DNA of 63,356 nucleotides, filler included, from Reclinomonas americana ATCC 50394 (lineage: Eukaryota), in assembly GCA_048213135.1 (NCBI GenBank). It is 6 parts of 6 records of this genome, joined end to end, with 100 filler letters (N's around TTAATTAATTAA, not from the genome) between each part and the next. Parts side by side here need not be neighbours in the genome. Positions count along the whole stretch, not along the records: positions 1 to 18,452 come from PS015379.1; 5 more parts are not named here. One strand, written 5' to 3'. The first letter of the stretch is position 1; each line of letters begins with the position of its first letter. The notes beneath the pieces were generated by a model that worked only from the letters and a program-made list of their open reading frames with translations, searched no databases and was not told the origin of the DNA. Made by a program: the position numbers and the translations under genes. Below are positions 1-11,400 of this stretch, in pieces.

Positions 1-27
1 CCTCCTCTCCTCTCTCTCTCTCTCTAC

Positions 28-70
<43 letters not shown>

Positions 71-71
71 A

Positions 72-3000
72 CCTCTCTCTTCTCTCTCCACCTCTCTCTT
101 TCTGACTCCTTGATTGATATCGCACCTGCCGCCGCCGAAGACGACGATCGAGAACGACTGGAGCGTGCCGGTGGCGGCGGCGCGGCTTCGCGCTTGTCTT
201 GACCGAGGAAGAACACACCGCCGCGCACAGAGCCGACGGATTTCGCAGCGCTCTTGGGTTTCGGGGTGAGGCCGGCGGCCGCCAATGCCAATGCCGAAGC
301 ACTGGCCGAGGACGGCTTCTTCGACGACGCTTGCTTGCCGCGGGCATTGCGGGCAGCTCGCTGGCGTTTCGGTGGCGGGGCCTGTTCCTCCTCGTCCTCC
401 TCCTCCTCTCCTTCCCCTCCTTGTCCGTCACCATCGTCATCAGCTCCCTCCAGCTCCACTTGCGGTCTTGCTCCCTTGCCCGCACGACCACGCTTCCGCG
501 ACGATCCAGGCTTGCCTTTCCCGGAACTGAGAGAATTGAGAGAGATATGAGTACACACACGAAGCAAGAAGACAAAGAAAGTGTCTACGCAACTCTTGAC
601 GGTATTGATTCATGGCGGCGCCGCCCACGAGCTTGCGCTTGCCGGTAATGTACGTTCGGCGACCGCCAATCGTGCGCCAGTAGCCTCCTGCTTCACCATG
701 AGTCGCATAGCCACAACCACACATGCACGTAATACACGTGATGTGTTGTGGAGTCAAGGGTGAATGAGAAGGAAAGCAAGTCACTGTGTGCGAGAGACAG
801 AGAGAATGGGGAGAGGGCTGGAGTCTCGGAGACTGAGATCGCACCGCAGTCTTGCACTGCTTCCTCTTCCCATCCCCCCTTCCCCCCTCACCCCTCACCC
901 CTCCCTTTCCCCTTCCCCTTCAGTCACCTTTCTTGGCCGCCCTGCCACCGGCGCGACCGCCTCTCGCACGTGGAGCAGCCGCCTGCGCATCGCCATTCTC
1001 GTCGTCTGCTTCCTCCACTGCACTCAGTTAGAGGAATCAGTGTGCTGAACGCAGAGAGACTCCCACGAGTGGACGGTCGACCGACCTTGCGCCTTGGTAC
1101 GTGACTTGCGCTTCCGCGCCGGCTGCGCCGCCGGCAGCGAGCGATCGTACATTTCGCGAAAGTTGATGACGGACCCTCGTGCTTGGTCAATCTGCCGCAC
1201 CACAAGCGTGAGGATTCACGAATCCCATCACACACAACACACACGCATGCACGCAACGGGCACAAATTGTCGCTGATAGCCTTGCGGTGCACCGTTCGTC
1301 GTCGGCAGGTCGGTGAGATCCAAGATTTGTGGCGGTTCCCGCACACGATGCGCGTTGCGGTCGTCGTCGTCATCCGAAGCACACGAGAGGATCTCGAGGT
1401 CGGGAGTCGGCGCGACGGCCCGCACTGGCCGCACCTCTTCCTCGTCCAGCGTGACGGTCAGCGGGCGCTTGCCAGTAGTCTTCGCTGCTGCCTTGCTGGG
1501 GGCGGCTGTCCTTGTCGATGTCGTCGTTGTTGTTGTCGTTGTTGCCGGTCGTTGTGTACCGAACCTTCCTCTTGCCCGCCGCGCCGCATCCTGGTCATCC
1601 TTATCGTCGTCACTGCTCTCCCTGTCAAAAACCAAGCGGAGTGGCGCGGGAGGCGAGGACGATTGCGACTGCGATTGCGATGGCGACACAATCGCTCGGC
1701 TGCGCCTCCATGCTGCGACGAGGTTGGGGTGAGAAAGCACGCAAGATTCTCACTTGGGATAACACTTGCGCACCATCATCTTCGTCGTCGTCGTCGTCGT
1801 CCTCAGCCTCCTGCTCCTCGGCGCACTGGTCCACGTGTGCATTGATCTCGGCGAGCGGAAAGCGCAGCATGCAGATGGGACACTCAGAGTCGCGTGCCCG
1901 CTGTGTGCACAGAGGAGAGTGAGTCGTGTGGTGCATGGAGGAGACGGTGGCATGAGAGACGCACAACAGCACGGCGAAACATGTCGGCCACCGACTGACT
2001 GGCGACGACTGCCGTCTTTCGGCGACTGTCGAGAACAGTGAGTGTGTGAGGGAAATGACAACAAAAGCACTTCCATCCCCACCTGTTGGACTTCGACTCC
2101 TGCGAGGACTCGGCTGAGGGGGTGACACGCGTGGCCGCCGGCGCCGGTGCCTTCGAAATAGCTGTGGTCGTGGTCGTCGTGGTGCTGGTGGAGGTCGTCG
2201 TGGAGGTGGCAGTGGATGGCGCTGAGCGCGGTGATGATCGTTTGCTGCGAAGAAGTGACGAGAGCGTCGGTCGTCGTCCAGAGGGACCTGTGCCCGTCGC
2301 ACGTCAGCAAGGCGACACCACGAAGAGAAAGGAGCACGAGACATGTGTCGCAACTGGAGAGCGGTGGTGGCGACGAGGGCGTGGACATGGGCTTGTTGCT
2401 CAGCGGACGCATGGTCATTGGCGTATCGACAGAATGATCACCATTGTTGCTGCTGCTGCTGCTGTTGATGCTGCTGGTCGAGATCAGCATTCTGCAAGAA
2501 GCAAACAGAGAACGACAGAAGGAAACACACACCTGCGCGACACTGGCGGCACCGGTGAGGCAACCACGGGAGTGCGCGGAGTGGAGGGAGTGAATTTGCG
2601 CTGCGGGAAACGGCGAGTACATGAGCATGCATGAAACAAGAAAGAGACGGCACTGGTGGATGCGCAAACCGTGGAGGGTGGTGCCGACGGAGCGCCGACA
2701 GCAGGCTGCAGGAGGCAAGAGCAGTGAGTCCGACATCCACCTAACGTCGTGTCGGAAGAACCCCAACCTTTGGCAGTGGCACTGGTCGATGTCGGAAATC
2801 ACCATCGTCGTCGCCATCGTCATCGTCGTCGGCGTCCAACACAAACGACAAACGCGGCGCCGTGAAGCACGGAGTGCTGGTGGTCGTCGTGGTGGTGCTG
2901 GTCAATGACGGCTTGGGCGGCGGAGGCGACACGAATGTCTTGAGCGGGCTGGCCAGTGGCGCCGCCGATCTGTGTTCCTCCTCCTCTTCCTCCTCCTCGT

Positions 3001-3615
3001 CGTCGTCGTCCATCAACACACGTCGTTTGCTGTGCATTGATGTTAGCAAGTGGCGCCGCAAAAAAGAAGAAGCGATGTGACAGCACGCAACTGCGACGAA
3101 GAAGGCGGTGGAGGCGAGTCGCCGATCACCAGCTTCAGTGGCACCACCTCGGCCTCGTACTGATCGGCCACCATCCAGCGCGGAACAACCACCGGTGAGT
3201 TGGACTTGCGTCGCACAATGTTCTCGTGGTCGGCGAAGAAGGAGACCTGGCCGTCCTGTGACAGGAGGGAGAAAGGAGAGAAGGGGAAAGGGAGAGGGGG
3301 AGGGGGAGAATGAGAGAGTGAGGTAGGGAGGGAGGGAGAGAGGCAGAGATAACGGGGGAGAAGAGGGGCGAGAGTGAGTGAGAACGAGTGTGCGTGAGAA
3401 TGAGTGTGCGTTTGTGAGTTAGTAAGCGAGGCAGAAGAGAGAGAGAGGTAGATACAGAGAGACATCGAGGGAGGAAGGCAAGAGACGAGCGGGGAATGCG
3501 TGAGAGGGAGGTAGAAAGATTGAGAAAGAGAGAACGTAGGCAATCACTGTTGCTCTCCCTCTGTCTCTGCATGCGTGCGTGAGAGAGAGTGAGGGAGAGA
3601 GGGGGGAATGGGAGA

Positions 3616-3653
<38 letters not shown>

Positions 3654-4455
3654 AAGAGGACAATCACTGCTGCTGTCTCTCTCTCTCTCTCTCTCTGCAT
3701 GTGTGCGTGAGAGAGACAGAGGCAGAAACAGAGACGGAGACAGACACACACAGAGGGGGGGGGGAGAAAGCATGAGAGAGTCAGCAGTGGCAGTGATCGC
3801 TCTCTGTCTCACACTCACACACACACGCACACACACTGCCTCATCTGTGCGTGAGAAAGAATGAGTGAGTGTTGTGTTGTTTCTCAGTCTCTCTTCCCTC
3901 TTTCTCTTTCTTCGTCCCTTCCTCCTCTCTTGCTCTCCTCTCTCTCTCTCTCTCTCTCTCTGTGAATGTATGTGCGCGTGTATTCTTCCTCATTTCTCTC
4001 TCTTCTCCCTCATTTCCCTCCTCTCTCTCTCCCTCCCTTCCCCCCCTCTCTCCCTCTCCCCCCTTCCCCCTCTCTCCCCCTCTCCCCCCCTCTCTGCCTC
4101 CGCACACCTTCCTCGGAGAATGTGCCACCTGCGTTGCCTGCTTCACAGAGGCCACCGGAGAGGGCTTTGCCGGGCTGCGCTCACGTGAGGGGCTCTTGAC
4201 AGCAAAACGAGTCACACTGACTTCCGCTGGTCGATCCAGTGGAGGCGGAGGTCGAAGAGCAGAAGAAGAAGGCGGAGGAAGAAGAGGCGGAGAGGGTTGA
4301 TGATCAACTGTGTGTAAACAGAGACAGAGAGAGAGTGAGTAACTGTACAATGCATATGTTTGCCTGCCAAGAGTGTTACCTTGTTCGTCGTCGAGGAAGA
4401 GGGCGAAGCAGGGCGGAGAGTCGTCCTCATCTTCGTCGTCGTTGTGCGTGCTCAT
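72..4455 (-). CDS. Multi-exon low-complexity protein with a UBZ4-type zinc finger and SIM-like motifs; 3' end runs out of the window or into the CT repeat
   Basis: Exon ~1820-1890 encodes ECPICMLRFPLAEINAHVDQC (C-x2-C-x11-H-x3-C). It also has hydrophobic/acidic motifs VTLDEEE, LEILSCASDDDD and ILDLTD, and the exon GYWRTIGGRRTYITGKRKLVGGAAMNQYRQ. The probable ATG at 4455 gives MSTHNDDEDEDD followed by a GT donor. Exon chain approximate. Confidence 0.55.
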
Positions 4456-4937
4456 GAGACAGAGAGTTTGCGAAGCGATTTGGCGCCAAGGTGATGACGT
4501 CACGTTGGTGACGCGGGACGTCGATCGACGTTTGTGTAAACTTTGCCACTTGCGCGATTGACGGTTTGGAGTGCCTCTTCGATGTGCTTCGAATTCCGCG
4601 AGTTGTGACGAGTTGTGTGATGTGAGGATCCTGTGACTGAAGTCGACCTGAGGAGTCACGTTGCCCACGGCCTTGTCGGCGACGAGCACAGTGGAGGCGC
4701 TGATGGACATCAGTACTGCACTGGCGAGCCGGTGTATGATCGCGATCGGGTGCACACAGACGGTACATTGTGAATCGTCATCTGCGTCTGCTGAAATCCC
4801 GGCAAGTGGTTCGACCGCAAGATCCACAGCGGCAATCCACTGGTACTGGTGCTCAGGCGCCGTTCTTGAATGTGCTTTCGCATCGGCATTCCGAATGATC
4901 TGCAAATCTTGAGTGGCGTGAATACATCGATATCTTC

Positions 4938-5046
4938 TGCAACTTGACCCACCCGAGTCCCCACTCAACAATCCCCTCTCGTCGACCACAACTGACCCAT
5001 GCATGCCTCAACGAGTCACCCCACCGCTGTGCACCACTCTCCACTT
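4938..5046 (+). promoter_or_regulatory. snRNA promoter elements shared by both U2-like genes
   Basis: TGCAACTTGAC (4938-4948) and CCACAACTGACC (4986-4997) recur on the - strand upstream of the second copy (6463-6473, 6269-6280). The proximal element is at the same distance (48-49 nt) from each inferred start. Confidence 0.6.
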
Positions 5047-5262
5047 GTACCTCTCGGCCCTCGTGGCTGTGATCAAGTGTAGTATCTGTTCTACCCAGAT
5101 TAACCTCTGGGTGCCACGCTCCCAAAAGCGTGGTCACTAGAATGTTAGCCTAATTTCTCATCCCCGGGGTTCCCTCGTACTGTTGGAGAGTCGGCTAGCC
5201 GACGTCTCTCGAGGGATGGGGTGTTCCTCTTATTGCACCCGTCGAGAGGATACGCCCTGCCC
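5047..5262 (+). ncRNA. U2: U2 spliceosomal snRNA
   Basis: Contains CTCGGCC..GGCT-GT-GATCAAGTGTAGTATCTGTTCT (branch-point recognition GUAGUA within 5071-5092), stem IIa CCCAGA/TTAACC/TCTGGG, stem IIb CCACGCT/AGCGTGG, IIc complement GTTAG, Sm-like AATTTCTC, stem III TCCCTCG/CGAGGGA, and terminal stem-loop IV with loop ATTGCAC. Confidence 0.95.
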
Positions 5263-5689
5263 AAACCCCACCATAAACAACTCTGAAAACGAAAAACATG
5301 CTGAAGGGAAGCAACCTCTCTCCCGCTCTCTATCTGCATCTCTCTTTGAGTCTTTTCATGCAACTCTAGCATGGAAGCCTCTCTCTCACACACACACTCT
5401 GTCGCTCTCTCCTGCACAACATATGGGTGTGACAACAAACCTGGCCTCTGAGAGCTGAACACGCGCTTCGAGCGACTGGAAGCCCTGGCGCAGCTCGTCA
5501 AGGACAGCCTGGAGCTTGTCATCGAGAGTCTGGAGCTTGTCATCGAGCTTGCCAAGTATCTCAGCACGCAGCCCATCCAACAGCTCAACGACATCCTCAC
5601 GGGTTGCCGCCATTTCTCGCCGTCTGTCAGGTCGGAGGAGAACAGGACCTTGTCCGGGGGGTTTACAGCACCCGAAGGTCAGAAGCCAC

Positions 5690-5731
<42 letters not shown>

Positions 5732-5843
5732 GAGAGAAGCGAGGGACGAGGTCGTTCCCGTCCGGCAGCTCGACCACCCGCTAGTTGTACAACAACTACA
5801 ATAATCAGACAAAANNNNNNNNNNNNNNNNNNNNNNNNNNNNN

Positions 5844-5986
5844 GCTCCATGGGATTTCCGAGAAGACGCTGCCGCACCTGCACCTGCTGCTCAGCCGCCA
5901 CCACCAGCAGCAGCACCAGCACCAGAAGCAGCAGAGCAGCCACCACTACCAGACGCAGAAGCAGAAGAAGAAGCTCCCGATGAATA
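5844..5986 (+). CDS. 3' fragment of a Pro/Ala/Glu-rich protein (5' part lost in gap)
   Basis: Frame after the gap reads APWDFREDAAAPAPAAQPPPPAAAPAPEAAEQPPLPDAEAEEEAPDE-stop. Confidence 0.3.
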
Positions 5987-6043
5987 ATGACTTGTTTGTT
6001 GTTGTTTTTTTCGTGTTTCAGCGTTTCGTGTGGTGGCGGGGTT

Positions 6044-6220
6044 GGTCAGGGTTGCATCCTCTCGAACCAGTGCAATGAGAGGATGCGCCCCGTCCCTCGG
6101 TTCCCACCGGGGAACGGTGACGGCAAGCCGCACCGACGAAGGAGACTCCCGCAGGAGAAATTAGGTTAACATTCAAGTGGTGCTGGTGAGCGTGGCGCTC
6201 ACGAACGACCGAGTTGTGCT
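6044..6220 (-). ncRNA. U2-derived variant snRNA lacking the branch-point recognition region and stem IIa
   Basis: The reverse complement aligns to the U2 copy: CTCGG..TCGTG, then GCGCCACGCTC..CACTTGAATGTTAACCTAATTTCTCC, stem TCCTTCG/CGAGGGA, and hairpin GCATCCTCTC-ATTGCACTGGTTC-GAGAGGATGC. About 45 nt including GATCAAGTGTAGTA is absent. Confidence 0.75.
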
Positions 6221-6944
6221 GGTTGGAAGGCGGTGCTGGTGGTTGGGTCATTCAGTGTGACACGCGGAGGTCAGTTGTGGGGGATGAGAGACGAAAGAGA
6301 GAGGATTGTTGTGTGTGGACCCTCAATGCAGGGAAGATTGTTTGCTTTCTCCCTTTACTCTTTGTTTTTCTCTTTCCTCACTCGTCTCCTTTCACAAGAG
6401 ATAGGGAAGTGGAGCAATGATGGAGGGGGTTCATGGAGAAGACAGCTTGCTCGTGGCGATGAGTCAAGTTGCAAATTTATGACCGTACGTGATAGGCTTT
6501 TGCTGATTATGTAGTTGTTGACAACTGCGGGGTGTCAGCTGCCGGAGGGAACACCTCGTCCCCTGCTTCTCTCTATTNNNNNNNNNNNNNNNNNNNNGAG
6601 TGAGTGAGTGAGTGAGAGAGTGAGTGAGTGAGAGAGAGAGTGAGTGAGTGAGTGAGTGAGTGAGTGAGTGAGCGAGTGAGTGAGTGAGTGAGTGAGTGAG
6701 TGAGTGAGTGAGTGAGTGAGTGAAGGGGAGTGAGAGAGAGAGAGAGAGAGAGAGGATGAGTGAGTGAGTGAGCGTGTGCAGTGAGGAAGCGCATGTCTCT
6801 GGGTAACCTTTGATCACAGGAGCGCGTCGTACACCACTCGCACTCGCCATTTCTTGCAATCAGTGATCAGTTGGCGCGAAAATTTACTCTCCTTTACTTC
6901 ACCACCGATTCTTCTGCTGCCCTTCTCCCGCGCGCGCGCCAACA

Positions 6945-8296
6945 ATGGCGAGTCGACGCGCACACCCGTCGTCCCCGTCATCCTCCTCCTCGTCTGCCGA
7001 TGACACCGTGGGACAGTCGACAGTGACTGCTGCTGCTCCCTCGGCATCGCGCCCACGATCGCGTGCAGCAACGCCCGCGATCGAGTACTGGAAGGGTGGC
7101 ACTCTGGCACTGGTGGGACCCGCAGGCTCGGGCAAGACCAGCGTTCTTAATCGGTTGTTGTTGAGGCCTCCGGTTGGCGCCTTTGATCCACGACACAAGA
7201 TCCACACCGAGTTGCGTGCTGCACTGAGCTTCTTTCGTTTTTGTATGTGGTGCTGACTACTGTGGTCGACAGGGTACTGCCGATGCGTGTGTGCGTTGGT
7301 GCTTCATTGATCTCACTGACGATTGTTGTCGCAGAGTGAGCCGTTTGTGATCTGCGAGAGAGTGAGTTGTCTGTGTGTTGTGTTTTGTCTCTAACGAGTC
7401 ATGGTGAGGGCAGCGTGTATGAAGCACCACGTCACGATCGATGCACCCAACGGGCAGGAGATCGCCTTTGAGGTGCGGCGAGTCTTTTTGTTGTTCTGCT
7501 GTGCCGCTCTTCTTGATCTGATTTGTCGATTAGCTGCGTGAGATCCCTGGCGTGAGTCCCAAGAGCAAGCCCGGCGAGCCGCAGTTTGGCTACTCGATCC
7601 CGGAGCTGCGCATGATCTTTGAGGGTTCGTGGCTCCGTCAGCAGACCAGTGCAGCTCCATTGCTGACCTCGTTTGCAGATGGTCCACAGGTCGACGCCTG
7701 CATCCTGTTCCTGGACCGCTCCGATGTCGACAGCGTTCGAGTTCAGCTCCCGTCCGCACATATTTCACTACGCACTCCACATTGCTCACTCTCTGAGGAT
7801 CGCGCAGAGCACCGTCCAGTGGGCCCAATTGGTGCGTCTCGTCAATGCCGACATGCCGATCTTCCTCTTCACCACCAAGGTGAGCCATCGACACACATCG
7901 TCAACGCGTCACACGCGATATCTCACCCTGTGCCCCCTTGTCTGTGTGCAGACCGAATCTGCGAACTTCTCCATCGATCTCGAGGAGTGGACACGACCGC
8001 GCAAGACACCCGTCAGCGGGCGCGGTGCAGTGGCACAAGTCATCGACGCGTGGGAGATTGAATGCAACCCGCGCGACGAGACCATCCTCAATCGCAGCCG
8101 CAACAGCATCATCACGGCGCTGCGTGGCGTCTCCAATGTTGCGCACTCGCACGCACCTCTTTTCTCCCTCATGCACTCACTTGTCACCGCCACACAGATC
8201 CTCTCGCGAGAGCGAGTCGAACTCGCGCCCGAGGGAACCCTCGGACTGACCGAGGCCGAGGAGAACCCGCCGCCGCAGAAGAAATCGTGCTGCTGA
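6945..8296 (+). CDS. Divergent Ras-superfamily (Rab-like) small GTPase, multi-exon with microexons
   Basis: P-loop LVGPAGSGKTS, G3-like EIPG, VDACILFLD, G4-like FTTK-TE, and C-terminal KKSCC prenylation motif before TGA. Confidence 0.65.
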
Positions 8297-8410
8297 TGGT
8301 ATCACCTGGTACTCCATCATTCTTGCAATCTCTCAAAATCCGCACCAATACAATGTTTCCTCACGCCATCCGTCTCCTCCTTCTATCCCATCCACGACGG
8401 TGGTGCCGTC

Positions 8411-11400
8411 TCACCACCGCAGACCGAGTCGCCACACCTGCGGTTGGAGGTGTGAGCTGATGCAAGTCCATCTCGTCACCGTCGTTTAGTCGCTCTCAGT
8501 CCGCCTCTCCCTCAGTCTCTCTCAGTCTCTTAGTCTCTCCATATCTCTCCATGTCTCTCTCACTCTTCGCAATCCCTCACCGTCTATCTCTCTCCCAGCC
8601 TCTCAGAGAGAGAGAAAGAGAAAGAAAAAGAGTCTGAGAGAGGCTAGAGAGAGACACACACAGAGAGTGAGAAAGAGTCTCAGAACCTTTCTCTACTTCT
8701 CTCTTAGTCGCTCTCAGTCTATGTCTCTCTCAGTCTCTAGGTCCCCCTCAGTCTCTTTCTCTTTTTTCTCTCTCAGCCCCCTCAGTCTCTCTCTCATTCT
8801 CTCGCAGTCTCTTTCAGTCTCTCTCCATGTCTATCTCAGTCTCTCTATGTCTCCCAGTCTCTCTCAATCTCTCGCAGTCTCTCCCTGGCCCTCTCAGTCC
8901 TCTCAGTCCCTCTCTCNNNNNNNNNNNNNNNNNNNNTCCTCCTCTCTCTCTCTCTCTCTGTCTCTCTGTCTCTCTCTCTCTCTCTCTCATCCTCTTTCTC
9001 TCTCCTTCTCCTTCTCCCCCTCCCTCTCTGTCACAGTGCTCACCTTGATCGACTTGTCGCTCGAGGCCGTGACCAGAAGCGTACCGATTCGCACAAAATC
9101 ATTAATCGCCTTGGTGTGCGCCTGACATGTGTCGACGCACACCAACGTGTTTGTGTCCCACAACTGCAACACCGACATGAGCACACACGTAAGACCACAC
9201 TTGCGTGACAATACGCACCTTGACTTCACCGCCCTTGGAGCCGCTGATGAGCATGTCGTGCTCCGGGTACGAGGAGAGCGCCGTCACCCAGTCGTCGTGT
9301 GCCTTGAAGCTCTCCGTGTTCTCGTACGAGACGCCATCCCACTCCTTGATGTGCAAATCACGCGATGAGGTGTACATGGCGCCGCTGCAGAGCGCCAGAT
9401 CGGTGACCGCGTCGTAGTGTGGTGGGTGAAAGCTGGCATACTCCTCCAGCGACTGGTCGTCCCACAGCTGCCAATCGATCACGCACGGCTCAGAATCACG
9501 AGTGCGTCGTCGTTCCGCCCACAACAACAACAACTACAAACCTTCACATGGTGATCGCGAGATACCGTCACCAGCAGATGGTCGGAGAATCCCATCGAAA
9601 ACACCGTGGACGTGTGTGCCGTCTTGACGGTCACCAGTGTCTCCAGCGTCGTGGCATTCGACATTTTCACGCAGCCATCGTCGCCTGCCAAACGCTCGTG
9701 TAAGTCATCCATCCCTCCCCCTCAGAACATTTCCTCCCACTGGCGGACTCACTGGCCGAGTACAAACGCCCGCCACACTCGAGAATCGCCGTGACACCCT
9801 TCCGATGCGCCGTGACTGTGGCCAGACACTCAAAGGTGACCAAGCTCCACATCTGCGCACACACACCGGACCGATGAGAATACGAACTTGTCTGCGTGCA
9901 TTTGCAGGTGCAGACGAAACTCGAATCTTGCGGTCCTCGCCACCCGTGTAGAATCGCTTCACCTCGCCGTCCGTGTTGACACACGTACACAGGGCCGGTC
10001 CGTCGTGCGCCTGCATCGTCTTGATGCACTTTAACCGCGCCAAATCCCACAGCTGTTTGACAATGCGATGAGCAGTCCGTCGAAATCAACAACAACGAGG
10101 GGAAGACTTTGCGACGCAACTCGAGCCTGTCCATCGAGCGCGACGCTAATCAGCGTCTCGTCGTACACGTCCAGTTGCATCACGAAACCTGTGTGACCGG
10201 CCAGCACGCCCACCAACCGCATCGACTCGGACCCCTCCTGTCCATTCAGTGGATCCTGCTCGCGTACGTACGGCTTGCCAAATAGTCTCACGGTCTGCGT
10301 GGCATTGAGTGAGGAAGGAGACGACTAGAGAGAGAGACACACATGCATCCCGACTCCATTCGCACCCGCTTGGTCGTGTACTTGACATTCTCTCGCATCT
10401 GATCCGAAATCATACGACGCTGCGTTGCGTTCTCGTCACACATCACGCGCCAAGCACAGCGACACGTTTGCACAAGTGACTCACCTTTTGCGACACTGCT
10501 CGCCGCCGTCGGGCGCCCTCGCTCTCGTAGCCCATGACCTCCCGGGCCGCGGACTCGTCGAGTGCCAGCGTGACGCGGCCGGGGGGACCACTGAGCCGGC
10601 GCGGTTCGTACTCGCCAAAGGAACCCGATAGCGCCGGGCTTGTGGGCGAGAACGACGACATGCTCAGCGGTGCAATCGGAGTGTCCGCCGAACTGGCTCG
10701 CCCACCACTGGCCACAAACGCCGACCACATGGGCCGTGCCAGCGAATTGTAATCGGTAGGCGGTGGTGCACTGGCCACCTGCCGCATCATCGTTGCCGAC
10801 GACCCCGGCCCGAAGCGCGACTCGGTGTAGTTGCTAAAGTGACCGCCGGGTTGCTGCAATGCATTGAAAAGGTGAGTATCACGCTCGCCTTTTCCCTTCC
10901 TGTCACCGCCTCACGCAACTCGAATGACAGTGGTGGTGCCGGCAATGCTACTGCGCAACAGCGGCCGCGCACTGGACGGCGACGAGTCCACGTACGGCAC
11001 ATGCATGTCGTCTGCCAGCGACGACGACGACCCCGCAGCAACGCTGGTTCGCGGCCGCGGTGGCGGCGGCAAGCTCTTGCGCGACACTACAAACAAACAG
11101 AGAGTCAAACACCAGCGCCTCTCCCCCGCGCTGCAATCGCACACACGTGCACGCACCTCCGTCGGGCGAGTTCGGCGCCATGTCACCGGCCAGGTAATAC
11201 GGCGACGGAAGCGATGGCTGCCCGACGCCGCCCACTCGACTGTGATGATGCAGCTGCTGCTGGTGCTGACGCTGATGATGATGATGCGATGCCGCGCTGG
11301 AGCTCAGATCGGCGATTCGCAACGCCGCTGATGCCACTGCGCCAACATCATCAGTCGCCGTCTCTGCATGACGGAGAAATCATCAGTCATCTCTTCTGTG

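Larger units (their letters stand above)
4710..5613 (-). pseudogene. Small coiled-coil protein gene or pseudogene whose intron hosts the antisense U2 gene
   Basis: Exon 1 MAATREDVVELLDGLRAEILGKLDDKLQTLDDKLQAVLDELRQGFQSLEAR ends at AG|GTTTGT (5440); acceptor TTGCAG at ~4900. The second exon appears to need a frame switch to read plausibly. Confidence 0.35.

Noticed and set aside
4990..6300. Inverted homologous segments as transposon TIRs, a Helitron end or an HDV-like ribozyme
   Set aside because: They are fully explained by a U2 gene and its paralog with flanking promoter and 3' elements.
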